Shown: one piece after another, positions 6,547 to 15,260 of the stretch | Position numbering within the stretch: the first letter of the stretch is position 1 | How the letters are laid out: the number at the start of each line of letters is the position of its first letter | Assembly (NCBI GenBank): GCA_021777765.1 | Contig: JAJYDF010000039.1 | Location: 1 to 30,898, forward strand | DNA: 30,898 nt | Reading direction: 5' to 3' | Source of the DNA: Pseudomonadota bacterium | Lineage (GTDB): Bacteria > Pseudomonadota > Gammaproteobacteria > DASZBR01 | Translations under genes and position numbers: made by a program | Notes under the pieces: model-generated | The model's database searches: none | The model's input: the letters and a program-made list of their open reading frames with translations, nothing else | Told to the model about the DNA's origin: nothing

Positions 6547-8079
6547 ATGAATATAGAACAACAAATATCTTCTCTTTATAATAGACTTAGAATTGCATTA
6601 ATAAGAACATTTCCAAATGATATTTCTATTATTGAAATGTTGTTGAAAAATGAGAATATAAAGCAACAGTTGCGACTACGAGTAAAATACGTCAATTTAA
6701 TTGGCATAATTAAATTATTTCATAACCTAAATATATATGCTCCTGAAGTTGAGCAATCCATTTTAAATCACGTTAATGAAATCTCGCAAAATAACGATCT
6801 CGATTCAGCATTTGCAGAAATTATTTTTCGAGAAATTATGACGCATGCAAAGCTTATGCAAGTTGAAATATTTGCACAATACAAAAGTCAGCTTGCCAAT
6901 GGTCTGATGAATAATTTAAAAATATTATTTATTGAGAATATAAAAGCTTTAGCAAATGAAATTCCTGAAAAATCAGATTTATTAATGGCTCTGCTAAATC
7001 AAAACGATGTCAAAGAACAATTGAAAATTTTCCGGATTTTGATCGGTAATGTTACGGTCAACGTAGTGCAAACGCTTTCAAGAATTATTGTTATTGCGAG
7101 AATTAAACAACAAAATGGTTCTAATCATTTATTATCACAAGGCATATTTTCTGGCAGTGCTATATCAAGGCAAATGCCAATACCACAACGAGTGGTTTAT
7201 GTATTAGGACCCCCAGGTACTTTTTCTGAACAAGCCGCATTGATCATGTTTGGTAATAATGTGAAATACCACTATGTTGATGCTATTTGGGAAATTTTTC
7301 AGCGGGTTTCTAATGATGATAATAGCGTAGGACTTGTACCCACATTTAACAGTCATAGTGGTTTGGTTGTTAATGCAATAGATGAATTTATCGAAACACC
7401 GTTAATCATCAATGCAGAATTGAATTTGTTAATACAACAAAATTTACTTGCCAGATGTTCGTCGCAGCAAATTACTAAAATTTATTCTCACGCACAAAGT
7501 TTTAAACAATGTGAGCAATGGCTTAACATGAATTATCCTAATGCTATAAGAATCGTCGTTGACAGCAATTCTTTTGCGGCTAAATTTGCTGCACATGAAG
7601 AAAATGCAGCGGCAATAGCGAGTAGTCTTTGTGCGCAATTGTATCAATTGCAAATCATTGCTGAGGACATTACGCGAAATAATAATGTGAGCACTGTAAA
7701 TTATACTCGGTTTGTTGTTGTTGGCCATCAAGCGATAGAAAATGGTCATAATGCAAAAACATTTTTATTAATTAAATTAGATAATGATGATAAATCAAGT
7801 GTGAATGAATCCATAAGAGAATCATTTAATAAACGAAAATTGAATATTTCTTTTAATAATATAATATCTAATCGTAATCGAGCCGTTAATCTCATTTTAA
7901 TTGATATCGATTGCAAAATTGATAATCCATTATTTTGGGAAGCGATTGATGAGATCAATAAAAGTGGAAATGTATTTGTAAAAATACTCGGTAGTTATTC
8001 AAAAGATACAAAAATATGTGAATATACTCATCATCCAAAGCGTGAAGTTTCTACAAGAAATCACGTTGCTAAATTATAG
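6547..8079 (+). CDS. divergent chorismate mutase/prephenate dehydratase (PheA/P-protein)-like protein with a degenerate ACT domain and an extended N-terminus
   Basis: Residues ~215-400 align by eye to the PDT domain. VVYVLGPPGTFSEQAA matches RIAFLGPKGSYSHLAA. GLVPTFNSHSGLV matches AVVPIENTSSGAI. IYSHAQSFKQCEQWLNMNYP matches VYSHPQPFQQCSKFLNRYP. YTRFVVV matches FTRFVVL, including the catalytic Thr. The following ~110 aa resemble ACT (KTFLLIKL ... LILIDIDCK), but the ESRP ligand motif is replaced (SNRN). The N-terminal ~210 aa are helical and only vaguely AroQ-like. The start follows a good RBS 71 bp after the Fic stop, with no intervening hairpin. Confidence 0.8.
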   Translation: MNIEQQISSLYNRLRIALIRTFPNDISIIEMLLKNENIKQQLRLRVKYVNLIGIIKLFHNLNIYAPEVEQSILNHVNEISQNNDLDSAFAEIIFREIMTHAKLMQVEIFAQYKSQLANGLMNNLKILFIENIKALANEIPEKSDLLMALLNQNDVKEQLKIFRILIGNVTVNVVQTLSRIIVIARIKQQNGSNHLLSQGIFSGSAISRQMPIPQRVVYVLGPPGTFSEQAALIMFGNNVKYHYVDAIWEIFQRVSNDDNSVGLVPTFNSHSGLVVNAIDEFIETPLIINAELNLLIQQNLLARCSSQQITKIYSHAQSFKQCEQWLNMNYPNAIRIVVDSNSFAAKFAAHEENAAAIASSLCAQLYQLQIIAEDITRNNNVSTVNYTRFVVVGHQAIENGHNAKTFLLIKLDNDDKSSVNESIRESFNKRKLNISFNNIISNRNRAVNLILIDIDCKIDNPLFWEAIDEINKSGNVFVKILGSYSKDTKICEYTHHPKREVSTRNHVAKL

Positions 8080-8386
8080 TTAACAATTATTTCACCCCGT
8101 CCAAATACCTATTTTCAGTAAAAAAATTTTACTGTAAGAAAAGCCCGCAACATAAATTAATACATAAAAATCAACAAGTAAGTAAAAAATGGTCTAAACT
8201 TAAAATGATGTGAGTTTGTTTTCCGTGCTGTACCTCCCATTCAACTAAGCAGTACACAGAACAGATTCTCGAATATTTATGTGTTTTACGATTGCAGGTC
8301 AATAAACAAAAAAAACACCAAAATAAGTGACTGTGATCCGCAACACATTAGACTATTCAGTATGTGTAATTAAGAGGAAAACAGTT

Positions 8387-10012
8387 ATGAACGCAAAAAC
8401 TTTTATTCAGTTATCAAGAGTAGGAGGAATGTTGTCTTTACTTTTGTTAGCTAGCTCCGTTTCCGCAATGACATTCACCGTTAACTCCACATCAGATAGC
8501 GCTACACCTCCATTAGGGGTGGTTACATTAAGATCAGCGTTACAAGGTGTTAATCAATCATGTGGAGTTTTAAATAATATTAATTTTGCTATCCCAGCCA
8601 GCGATCCAAATTTTAAAACGGTTATGGATTCGCATAGTAATTCATACAGCTATTGGTCAATCAAACCAACATCAGCACTACCACAAATAAATTGTCCAGT
8701 AGTGATAGATGGTTTTAGCCAAAGCGGAGCAGGTGTACATGCCATAGAACTGAGCGGTGAATTAATTCCTGCAAACGCTCCGGCACCTGGACTTCTCTTC
8801 GTCGGTAAAAATACTGATGGAACCCCACTGGCTTCTGGAAAAAGTCCAAATGGCAGCACTATAAGAGGTTTGATGATAAATAAATTTCCTCAACAAGGAG
8901 TTTACGTTTATGGCGCTGATAATTTTACGATAGTAGGGAATTACTTTGGTTTAGATGCGACTGGAACTGAATCAGGTTTTGAAAATGGTCATGAGCCAAA
9001 TGCATTCTCTCCTTATGATAGTTTGCGTATGGAAGCGTCTAACAATAACTTCATCGGTACAATACAATCTGATTTCAAGCAAAACAAGATAGATAATCTC
9101 AACCGCAATGTGTTTGGCTCATCGGGGCAAGGAAGTATGTCACTCGTAAGTTTGAATCAGAATCCTGGAGGTTTTGGTGGTATCAATGCAATTCCAAATT
9201 CTTTAATTGGTAGCAGCCAAAATGTAGTTCAGGATAATTATTTTGGCACTGATAAAACAGGCACAGTTCTTCTAGGTCATCTAGCTAATGATGGTTTCAG
9301 TACAGGCACAGGTGTTTATTTGGATGGAACTGGTTCGAAAAACAATGTCATTGGTGGCCCCAATCCTAGTATGAAAAATATCATGATGGGTATTTCGTTC
9401 GCTGGCATATTTTCAGGGGGCGCATCTGGAACTCAAATTATTGGCAATAGCATTAATACCTATGGTTTAGGCGCAATATTTGTTGTTGGAAATTCAAATA
9501 GCAAAGTTTCGGCTAATTCAGTTGCCAACTCTATTTATCAAATTGCAGCTGTTTATCTGCTAGCCGATCAAAATACCACGATGGCCAATAACATAATTGA
9601 CGGGGGGCTATCTGCCACAGGTATATTTGTGAGTGATGTGGTTTTTGGATTATTTGGCTATAGTGGTTCGTCAAGCAATGGTTTAATTAATGATAATCAG
9701 ATTAATAATACATATCCAGGTATCATTCTTGATAATGGATTATCTGGTTATACACTACGCAACAACAGCTTTATTTCTTCAGTGAGTGTAGATATGTATT
9801 TATGCGGTAGTGTCGGCAACTTCTTTTGCTCAGGAAACACCCCTTTACCTTCTTCGAACAACACCGTGATAGCAAATAATTTTGCTTCAACCGTAGCAGA
9901 TTTTGGTGTTAATAATAAACTATTAGGCACATTAAATTTGGTCAATAATCCTAATGTACCTGCTGGTGTAAAAAACATGTTAATCAGCAATTCAGTTGGT
10001 AAACCACAGTAA
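8387..10012 (+). CDS. secreted right-handed parallel beta-helix repeat protein (pectate-lyase-fold/adhesin-like)
   Basis: I prefer the internal ATG at 8387 (strong RBS TAAGAGGAAAACAGTT-ATG) over the ORF-track start at 8327. The product starts with a Sec signal peptide (MNAKTFIQLSRVGGMLSLLLLASSVSA). Gly/Asn/Ser-rich repeats recur along the protein: NNFIGT, GNYFGLD, DNYFGTD, NNIIDGG, GNSINTYG, NNTYPGIILDNG. These are typical of parallel beta-helix (PbH1) proteins. There is no C-terminal beta-barrel. Confidence 0.75.
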   Translation: MNAKTFIQLSRVGGMLSLLLLASSVSAMTFTVNSTSDSATPPLGVVTLRSALQGVNQSCGVLNNINFAIPASDPNFKTVMDSHSNSYSYWSIKPTSALPQINCPVVIDGFSQSGAGVHAIELSGELIPANAPAPGLLFVGKNTDGTPLASGKSPNGSTIRGLMINKFPQQGVYVYGADNFTIVGNYFGLDATGTESGFENGHEPNAFSPYDSLRMEASNNNFIGTIQSDFKQNKIDNLNRNVFGSSGQGSMSLVSLNQNPGGFGGINAIPNSLIGSSQNVVQDNYFGTDKTGTVLLGHLANDGFSTGTGVYLDGTGSKNNVIGGPNPSMKNIMMGISFAGIFSGGASGTQIIGNSINTYGLGAIFVVGNSNSKVSANSVANSIYQIAAVYLLADQNTTMANNIIDGGLSATGIFVSDVVFGLFGYSGSSSNGLINDNQINNTYPGIILDNGLSGYTLRNNSFISSVSVDMYLCGSVGNFFCSGNTPLPSSNNTVIANNFASTVADFGVNNKLLGTLNLVNNPNVPAGVKNMLISNSVGKPQ

Positions 10013-10069
10013 TATGACATTTTATTTACAAAATTTATTCTCTAAAGATTGTTAACAAAACGATATACC

Positions 10070-10103
10070 AAACGGCAGCCAAATGAGCTGCCGTTTTTAT
10101 ATT
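10070..10103 (+). terminator. rho-independent terminator after the beta-helix gene
   Basis: Stem AAACGGCAGC (10070-10079), loop CAAATGA, stem GCTGCCGTTT (10087-10096), then TTATATT. It lies 58 nt after the stop at 10012. Confidence 0.8.
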
Positions 10104-10274
10104 ATTAAATGCGGAATTATTTGTTTTTACTGCGCCAAATTAAATTTTCATTTTTCATTGTATTCTAAAAGGTATGATTTTATTTACTTTATGTGTTTTT
10201 CGTAATTGTACAAACAAATCTTTAAGTTTTTTAAACACAAGCATCTCAAAAAATTTAAAGTGTTTCTCTAATAA

Positions 10275-10303
10275 TTGATAGTATTGAAATTGGTATCTAT
10301 AAT
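10275..10303 (+). promoter_or_regulatory. candidate sigma70 promoter for the cupin gene
   Basis: TTGATA (10275-10280), an exact 17-bp spacer, then TATAAT (10298-10303). This is ~60 nt upstream of the ATG at 10368, which has the RBS GGGAG. Confidence 0.5.
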
Positions 10304-10367
10304 AAAATTTCGCTTTGCTTGTTGGGTCTTTGTATTAAAGCGGTATATTTTTTAAAGGGAGATTAAA

Positions 10368-10889
10368 ATGCAGGAGCTACAGAGTAAATTAGTTTATTTA
10401 TCAATTGTTTTAGGTGTTATTGCGAGTGGTACGTCAATTGTGAATGCCGCAACGATCAATCCAGCCTCGCCATCATCACCGATAGTTTTAAACCAAACAG
10501 ATTTAAAATTTAAACCAGCACCTGGATTACCTCCAGGCATTCAAATTGCGCATATACGTGGTGATTTGGCGAAACATGAGCCTTATACCTTTAGATTTCT
10601 GATACCTAATTGTTATGTGATTCCTGCGCATTGGCATACGAATGATGAAGAAGTAACTGTCATATAAGGAATATTCCATGTGGGTATAGGCGACAAAATT
10701 GATACCAGTAAAGCAACTACTTTAACAGCAGGCGGCTTTCAATTAGTGCCGGGTAAAACACATCATTATGTTTGGAGTGAAGGCACTACGGTAGTGCAAT
10801 TAGATGGGATGGGGCCGCGCGATACCACCTTCGTCAATGCGCAAGAATTAATTCCATTGTTTAAAGCAAATAATCAATGTCCACAGTAA
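10368..10889 (+). pseudogene. secreted cupin-domain protein interrupted by a single in-frame TAA (10665-10667); listed as two same-frame ORFs in the ORF track
   Basis: ORFs 10368..10667 and 10680..10889 are in the same frame, separated only by TAA. Read through, the sequence gives cupin motif 1 G(x)5HxH(x)3-4E(x)6G as PAHWHTNDEEVTVI*G, with the stop occupying one x position. Motif 2 G(x)5PxG(x)2H(x)3N follows as GGFQLVPGKTHHY. An N-terminal signal peptide is present (MQELQSKLVYLSIVLGVIASGTSIVNA). Confidence 0.6.
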
Positions 10890-10968
10890 ATCAATGAAAT
10901 GATTTAAGTATCCTGTTGCAAGTTGACATATGATACTTAAATTCTTCGAATTGTTCATTAAGGAGTAG

Positions 10969-11565
10969 GTGATGATTAAATTAATTCAAAAATCAGTAAT
11001 TACGTTTTTATTCATGTTTATTTCAACGATTTCTTTTGCAGCAGTGACATCGTGGCAAATCGTACCCAATCAAAGTAGCATTACATTTATTGCTTCTCAA
11101 AATAATGCACCGGTGAGTGGATCTTTTAATTCATTTAACGGCAAAATTAATTTTGATCCCAATCAACTCGAAAAAAGTAATGTGCATATTGTGGTCGATA
11201 TGAATTCAATTACTACTTCCGATCCTGATGTTTCTAATACTTTAAAAACAGCAGACTGGTTTAATGCAAAATTATTTCCTCAAGCGATTTTTAATGCCTC
11301 TGATTTTACTAAAACAGGTAATAATTCTTACCAAGCGAATGGCACATTAACCATACGTAATAAATCTCTGCCAATTAAATTGATGTTTGTACTTGAGCAA
11401 TACTCTTCTACCAATGCCGTTGCTAAAGGCATGGTAGTGATAAAAAGAAATGAATTTGGTGTGGGGCAGGGTGATTGGGCCAATACAGATGTTGTTAAGG
11501 ATGATGTGCAAGTGAATTTTCAAATTACTGCGGTGAAATCACAGTTACAATTATCAAAACAATAA
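10969..11565 (+). CDS. YceI-like periplasmic protein
   Basis: It has a signal peptide (MMIKLIQKSVITFLFMFISTISFA). The body aligns by eye with E. coli YceI: SGSFNSFNGKINFDPNQ...VHIVVDMNSITT...ADWFNAKLFPQAIFNASDF...GTLTIRNKSLPIKL versus YGTFKDFDGTFTFDEKN...VNVTINTTSVDT...ADFLNTAKYPQATFTSTSV...GDLTLNGVTKPVTL. RBS AAGGAG. Confidence 0.8.
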   Translation: MMIKLIQKSVITFLFMFISTISFAAVTSWQIVPNQSSITFIASQNNAPVSGSFNSFNGKINFDPNQLEKSNVHIVVDMNSITTSDPDVSNTLKTADWFNAKLFPQAIFNASDFTKTGNNSYQANGTLTIRNKSLPIKLMFVLEQYSSTNAVAKGMVVIKRNEFGVGQGDWANTDVVKDDVQVNFQITAVKSQLQLSKQ

Positions 11566-11589
11566 TGATGAACTGAAGATGTAGTAAAT

Positions 11590-11788
11590 GTAGCCTGGAT
11601 GAAAGCAAATGACAAAATAATAAAAATATCAGAACTTGCATATGCAAAGTAATTATTTCATGTGCTGCTGAAATCCGGGGAGATCAATTATTTCCCGGGT
11701 TTCGCCCTTAGTTCTGAATTAATAATAGTGAATTCTTAAAGTTCATGTAAATAAATTATCATTTTCATTTGGCTACACCCAGGCTACA
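11590..11788. mobile_element. MITE-like element copy 1 (199 bp) with 10-bp terminal inverted repeats
   Basis: It starts TGTAGCCTGG (11590-11599) and ends CCAGGCTACA (11779-11788), which are exact reverse complements. There is an internal hairpin, AAATCCGGGGA...TCCCGGGTTT. It shares termini, a subterminal CATTTGGCTRCACCCAGGCTACA block and the internal CCCGGG hairpin with the element at 17109..17308. Noncoding, and sits in the convergent gap between yceI-like and the IcmF-like gene. Confidence 0.5.
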
Positions 11789-11830
11789 ACTACAACTCAG
11801 TCCAACCTCCTTGTTACCACAGCTTACCAA

Positions 11831-14800
11831 TTAAATCTGATCCGGTGCGCGATACTGATTAATTATGCCAGGAATAAATGGATTAATCGGTGTTGATGCG
11901 ATTAAATTATATTTGGCGGATAAATTATTCATATCAATAATAAATGAAAAATGTTCGCTGTCTTTATCTTGTCGGATATTGGTTTTATCTAACACTCTAA
12001 ATAACGCCCACGGACCATCTTCAGAAACCGTCAGAATTTGCTGTTGATCATTGAGTAAATTAATTGTCACATTATTCACATCATTGGGACCAGGCCATGA
12101 TAAATACGTTTGAGAGGTATTTTGACTTCCGCTACTGCTCTTTTGTCCATTGATTGAAATATCAATATTTTTAACAGTAGTATCTAAATTAACTAATTGC
12201 ATAGTGAAATTAACACTTAATACACCGTATTTATCAAAAAACATTTTTTGAATAATATTACTGCGTTCGAATTGATCTAATACCGGTAGAGAATTAGTCA
12301 GTGTGAGACCATCTCTGCTACGCCATTGCCACTGAACACCGGTGGTGTCAACAAATGGTGCAAGATAAGTATTAAAATAATTTTGTACTAAACCATCGGG
12401 TTTAAAGAAATTAGTAAAATCAGATAAATTAATGTCATCGTCTGCGTTACTGAATAACGGATAACGATTATTTAATTGTTCATTGTAAATAGCTAAAACA
12501 TTGCTTTGCCATTGAGTGTTCACATAAGCATGCGCATTATTTAAAATTAATTGCCAACAATTCATGGCAATGGCATTTAACCATGATTTTAATGGTTCTG
12601 GCGCTTGATTAGCTTCTAATAGAAGCATGCTAATCGGATCACCGTTATCACCTTTCATACGTTCTTGTGCAGCAGTAAATGCTGCTTCATTGCTATCACT
12701 CGCTTGCGCAATGCTTTGTATATATTGTTGTAATTGATTTAATGTGACAGACATTTGTTGCAAGCTGAGCGTTTTATCGTTGGATGAAAGGGCAATATTA
12801 TTTAAATTTTGGAAATGATTAATTAATGTGGTTTGAATATCTGCGGCATCGAAAGAGGAAAAGTGATCAATTTGTAAGGTGTTTGTAGACGTATTATTTG
12901 CAATCGCCGTTAAAATCTGAAATAACGGTGAATTATTACCAGCGAGTTCTTGTAGGGCACTGCTAGCTTGTGATAAATCATTAAAATGATTTATTTTGAA
13001 AGTATTTAACCAACCCTGCCAAGCATTAACATAATCATTTAAGTAAGCGACACGAATATCTTGTTGTAATTTTTGTTTGTCTGATGATGCTGAGTCATTA
13101 TCTTCTCTGTCACCTAATACCCAATTTCCAGAGATAATAGTATCGGCTGCTTCATTAATGGCTTGATAGATATTTGCAAATTGTGCGCTGGTATATAAGT
13201 TAGAAATACCATCGCTGGGAATAGTCATGCTGACATAATTTTGAGCAGTGGATAATGGATAAATTGTTGTAGCACTAAAATGATTATCTAAAATTGAATA
13301 AGCGAGTGTGGCGCTCGGTAATGAATTTAATACGTTTCTGACATTATTTACCACTGAAAGATCCATAGATAATGTAGGGAATTTCGCATTCAGTGCAGCG
13401 GTTAAATGTTTGTCTAATTGATGTTGTTCATCGCTATCATTAATACCCAGGTATGACCAATGATCATGCAACCAATTTTTAATAAATGGAACATCTCTGT
13501 GGGAAGGGTCACTTAACATTAAATAGATTTTTAATGATGCATATAAACTATTGGGTGTATTACTGGTGGTATTTGATAATTGTGTCACCAACAATTTTTG
13601 TAATGCTGGCATAAACCGCGTTTGTAATTGGGTTTGATAAACCTGTGCTGCCAAATTATTCAATTTGATATTTTTATTTTGATGCCATTCAAATAACCAA
13701 GGAGAAGGTAATTGTTGTGTCATATTATCAGCGATACGTAAGGCATTTAATGCGGGTAATATTTGACTCAACGATGGAGTTGAATAGTTGTTAAAGTTAT
13801 CATTAAGCAATTTATATTGTGTAATAGCATCTGCCGTGGCATTTAATTTGCCATATTGATCGTTAAAATGATAAGTCCAAGTGATGGTGGCTAATATTAA
13901 TAAACCAAATGCAATACCATAACAGCTAACAGGTACCCAATTATCTCTATAATTCGTTTTGACATTCGCAACTACCACCTTAGATTCAGCAAACACAAAA
14001 TCCAGCAGTAATTGTTTAATAAAATAAGCGGGAATATTGCGTGAATGGGGTGGTACATATTTGAGTGGCACTAATTCATAGGAACGAGAAATAGAATTAA
14101 AAATAGGGTCTATTTGATTTTCTTGCAAATTAACTGTTGCGCTAGTAAAAAATAATCCTCTAAATTGTATGGCATTTTTTTGTTGTGGGATTTGTATTAA
14201 TTCATTAATGATGCGTGATAACGGTTCTTTTAGCTGATTTAATTGTAAAGGAAAATCTCTGATTAAAGCCCGTTTAGATAAATTACGTTCTTGATGAATA
14301 CGCCATAACACTCTTTCATGTAATCGTTTAACCAATTTATCAAATTCATTATTAAATGTTTCAGCGGGTTTTAAAGTTTGATTGGTTTGATCATAAAATG
14401 TGATGCCCCACGCATGAGTACGTTCTGAGGCCCCTAAATCATCGAAATATGCATTAAATCCTGCAATGGAGTCTATGTGTGTAGCGGCAATATAGACAGG
14501 AATGTCGCATCCTAATTGCGTCATGCATTCTTGCAGGCGGCGACTAATGATTTTTATGGATTCTTGGTTATTTTCATTTTGTGGATTTAATAACTCATTA
14601 ATTTTAATCGTAACAATAATACCGTTAAGTGGTTGATAGCGTCGTTTTGTTTTTAATAAGCGTAATAATTCTTGCCAACCTTCACGTGTGCTAGACATAT
14701 AATCGGGTTGTTCAATATAAAATCCAGGTACATCAATTAAAACGGCTGCGTGGGTGAACCACCAATTCAAACTATTTGTTTGTTGTTCAGATGGATTTAA

Positions 14801-15238
14801 ATTAACAAAGCGTTGTGCTTCAGCAAAACGAATACCGGAATGGGCTAATAAACTGGATTTGCCTGATCCTTTAGTACCAATCACTAAATACCAAGGTAAT
14901 GTATAAATTGCACCTTGACTCACTTGTATTTTGGCGAGACGTTTATTTAAAAAATCAATGGCTTGATTAAAACTGTCATTGAGTGCTTGGCATTCTGGGC
15001 TGATGGTTTGTTCGTGATGTTGCAATGTAATTTTGTGGGCACGAAAAAAATTGGTGACGCCCCAGCCTAATGAAATAAATAATAATACCACTAGCCGCGT
15101 GACTTCATTTTGTAAAAAAGCATGACCGGCAATGCTAATGTAGGGGCCACCAAACCAAATGAGAGAGATTAATATGGTGAAAAGTGCAAAAACAGAAAAA
15201 TTTTTTGATATAAAAGATTTGATGTGATCGATGTCCAT
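11831..15238 (-). CDS. IcmF/TssM-family inner-membrane NTPase (T6SS TssM / Dot-Icm IcmF homologue), 1135 aa
   Basis: The N-terminus has two TM helices with the family-typical WFGGPYISIAG...RLVVLLFISLGW pattern. A Walker A motif LPWYLVIGTKGSGKSSLL follows (Gly codon at 14876-14878), then Walker B AAVLIDVPGFY. A third TM helix sits near aa 430-455 (VSCYGIAFGLLILATITWTYHF). It is followed by a ~680-aa presumed periplasmic domain. Topology and length match TssM/IcmF. RBS AGGGAA. Confidence 0.85.
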   Translation of the reverse strand: MDIDHIKSFISKNFSVFALFTILISLIWFGGPYISIAGHAFLQNEVTRLVVLLFISLGWGVTNFFRAHKITLQHHEQTISPECQALNDSFNQAIDFLNKRLAKIQVSQGAIYTLPWYLVIGTKGSGKSSLLAHSGIRFAEAQRFVNLNPSEQQTNSLNWWFTHAAVLIDVPGFYIEQPDYMSSTREGWQELLRLLKTKRRYQPLNGIIVTIKINELLNPQNENNQESIKIISRRLQECMTQLGCDIPVYIAATHIDSIAGFNAYFDDLGASERTHAWGITFYDQTNQTLKPAETFNNEFDKLVKRLHERVLWRIHQERNLSKRALIRDFPLQLNQLKEPLSRIINELIQIPQQKNAIQFRGLFFTSATVNLQENQIDPIFNSISRSYELVPLKYVPPHSRNIPAYFIKQLLLDFVFAESKVVVANVKTNYRDNWVPVSCYGIAFGLLILATITWTYHFNDQYGKLNATADAITQYKLLNDNFNNYSTPSLSQILPALNALRIADNMTQQLPSPWLFEWHQNKNIKLNNLAAQVYQTQLQTRFMPALQKLLVTQLSNTTSNTPNSLYASLKIYLMLSDPSHRDVPFIKNWLHDHWSYLGINDSDEQHQLDKHLTAALNAKFPTLSMDLSVVNNVRNVLNSLPSATLAYSILDNHFSATTIYPLSTAQNYVSMTIPSDGISNLYTSAQFANIYQAINEAADTIISGNWVLGDREDNDSASSDKQKLQQDIRVAYLNDYVNAWQGWLNTFKINHFNDLSQASSALQELAGNNSPLFQILTAIANNTSTNTLQIDHFSSFDAADIQTTLINHFQNLNNIALSSNDKTLSLQQMSVTLNQLQQYIQSIAQASDSNEAAFTAAQERMKGDNGDPISMLLLEANQAPEPLKSWLNAIAMNCWQLILNNAHAYVNTQWQSNVLAIYNEQLNNRYPLFSNADDDINLSDFTNFFKPDGLVQNYFNTYLAPFVDTTGVQWQWRSRDGLTLTNSLPVLDQFERSNIIQKMFFDKYGVLSVNFTMQLVNLDTTVKNIDISINGQKSSSGSQNTSQTYLSWPGPNDVNNVTINLLNDQQQILTVSEDGPWALFRVLDKTNIRQDKDSEHFSFIIDMNNLSAKYNLIASTPINPFIPGIINQYRAPDQI

Positions 15239-15260
15239 ATGTTTCCCTGAAGTCAGTTTT

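Noticed and set aside
8327-8386. Upstream start (8327) for the beta-helix protein
   Set aside because: The internal ATG at 8387 has a strong AGAGGA RBS and begins a canonical signal peptide. The 20 extra residues (MTVIRNTLDYSVCVIKRKTV) would bury it.
10368-10889. Treating 10368..10667 and 10680..10889 as two separate small genes
   Set aside because: They have the same frame and are separated by a single TAA. Together they form one continuous two-motif cupin domain, and the second ORF would need a GTG start with no RBS. One interrupted gene is the better model.
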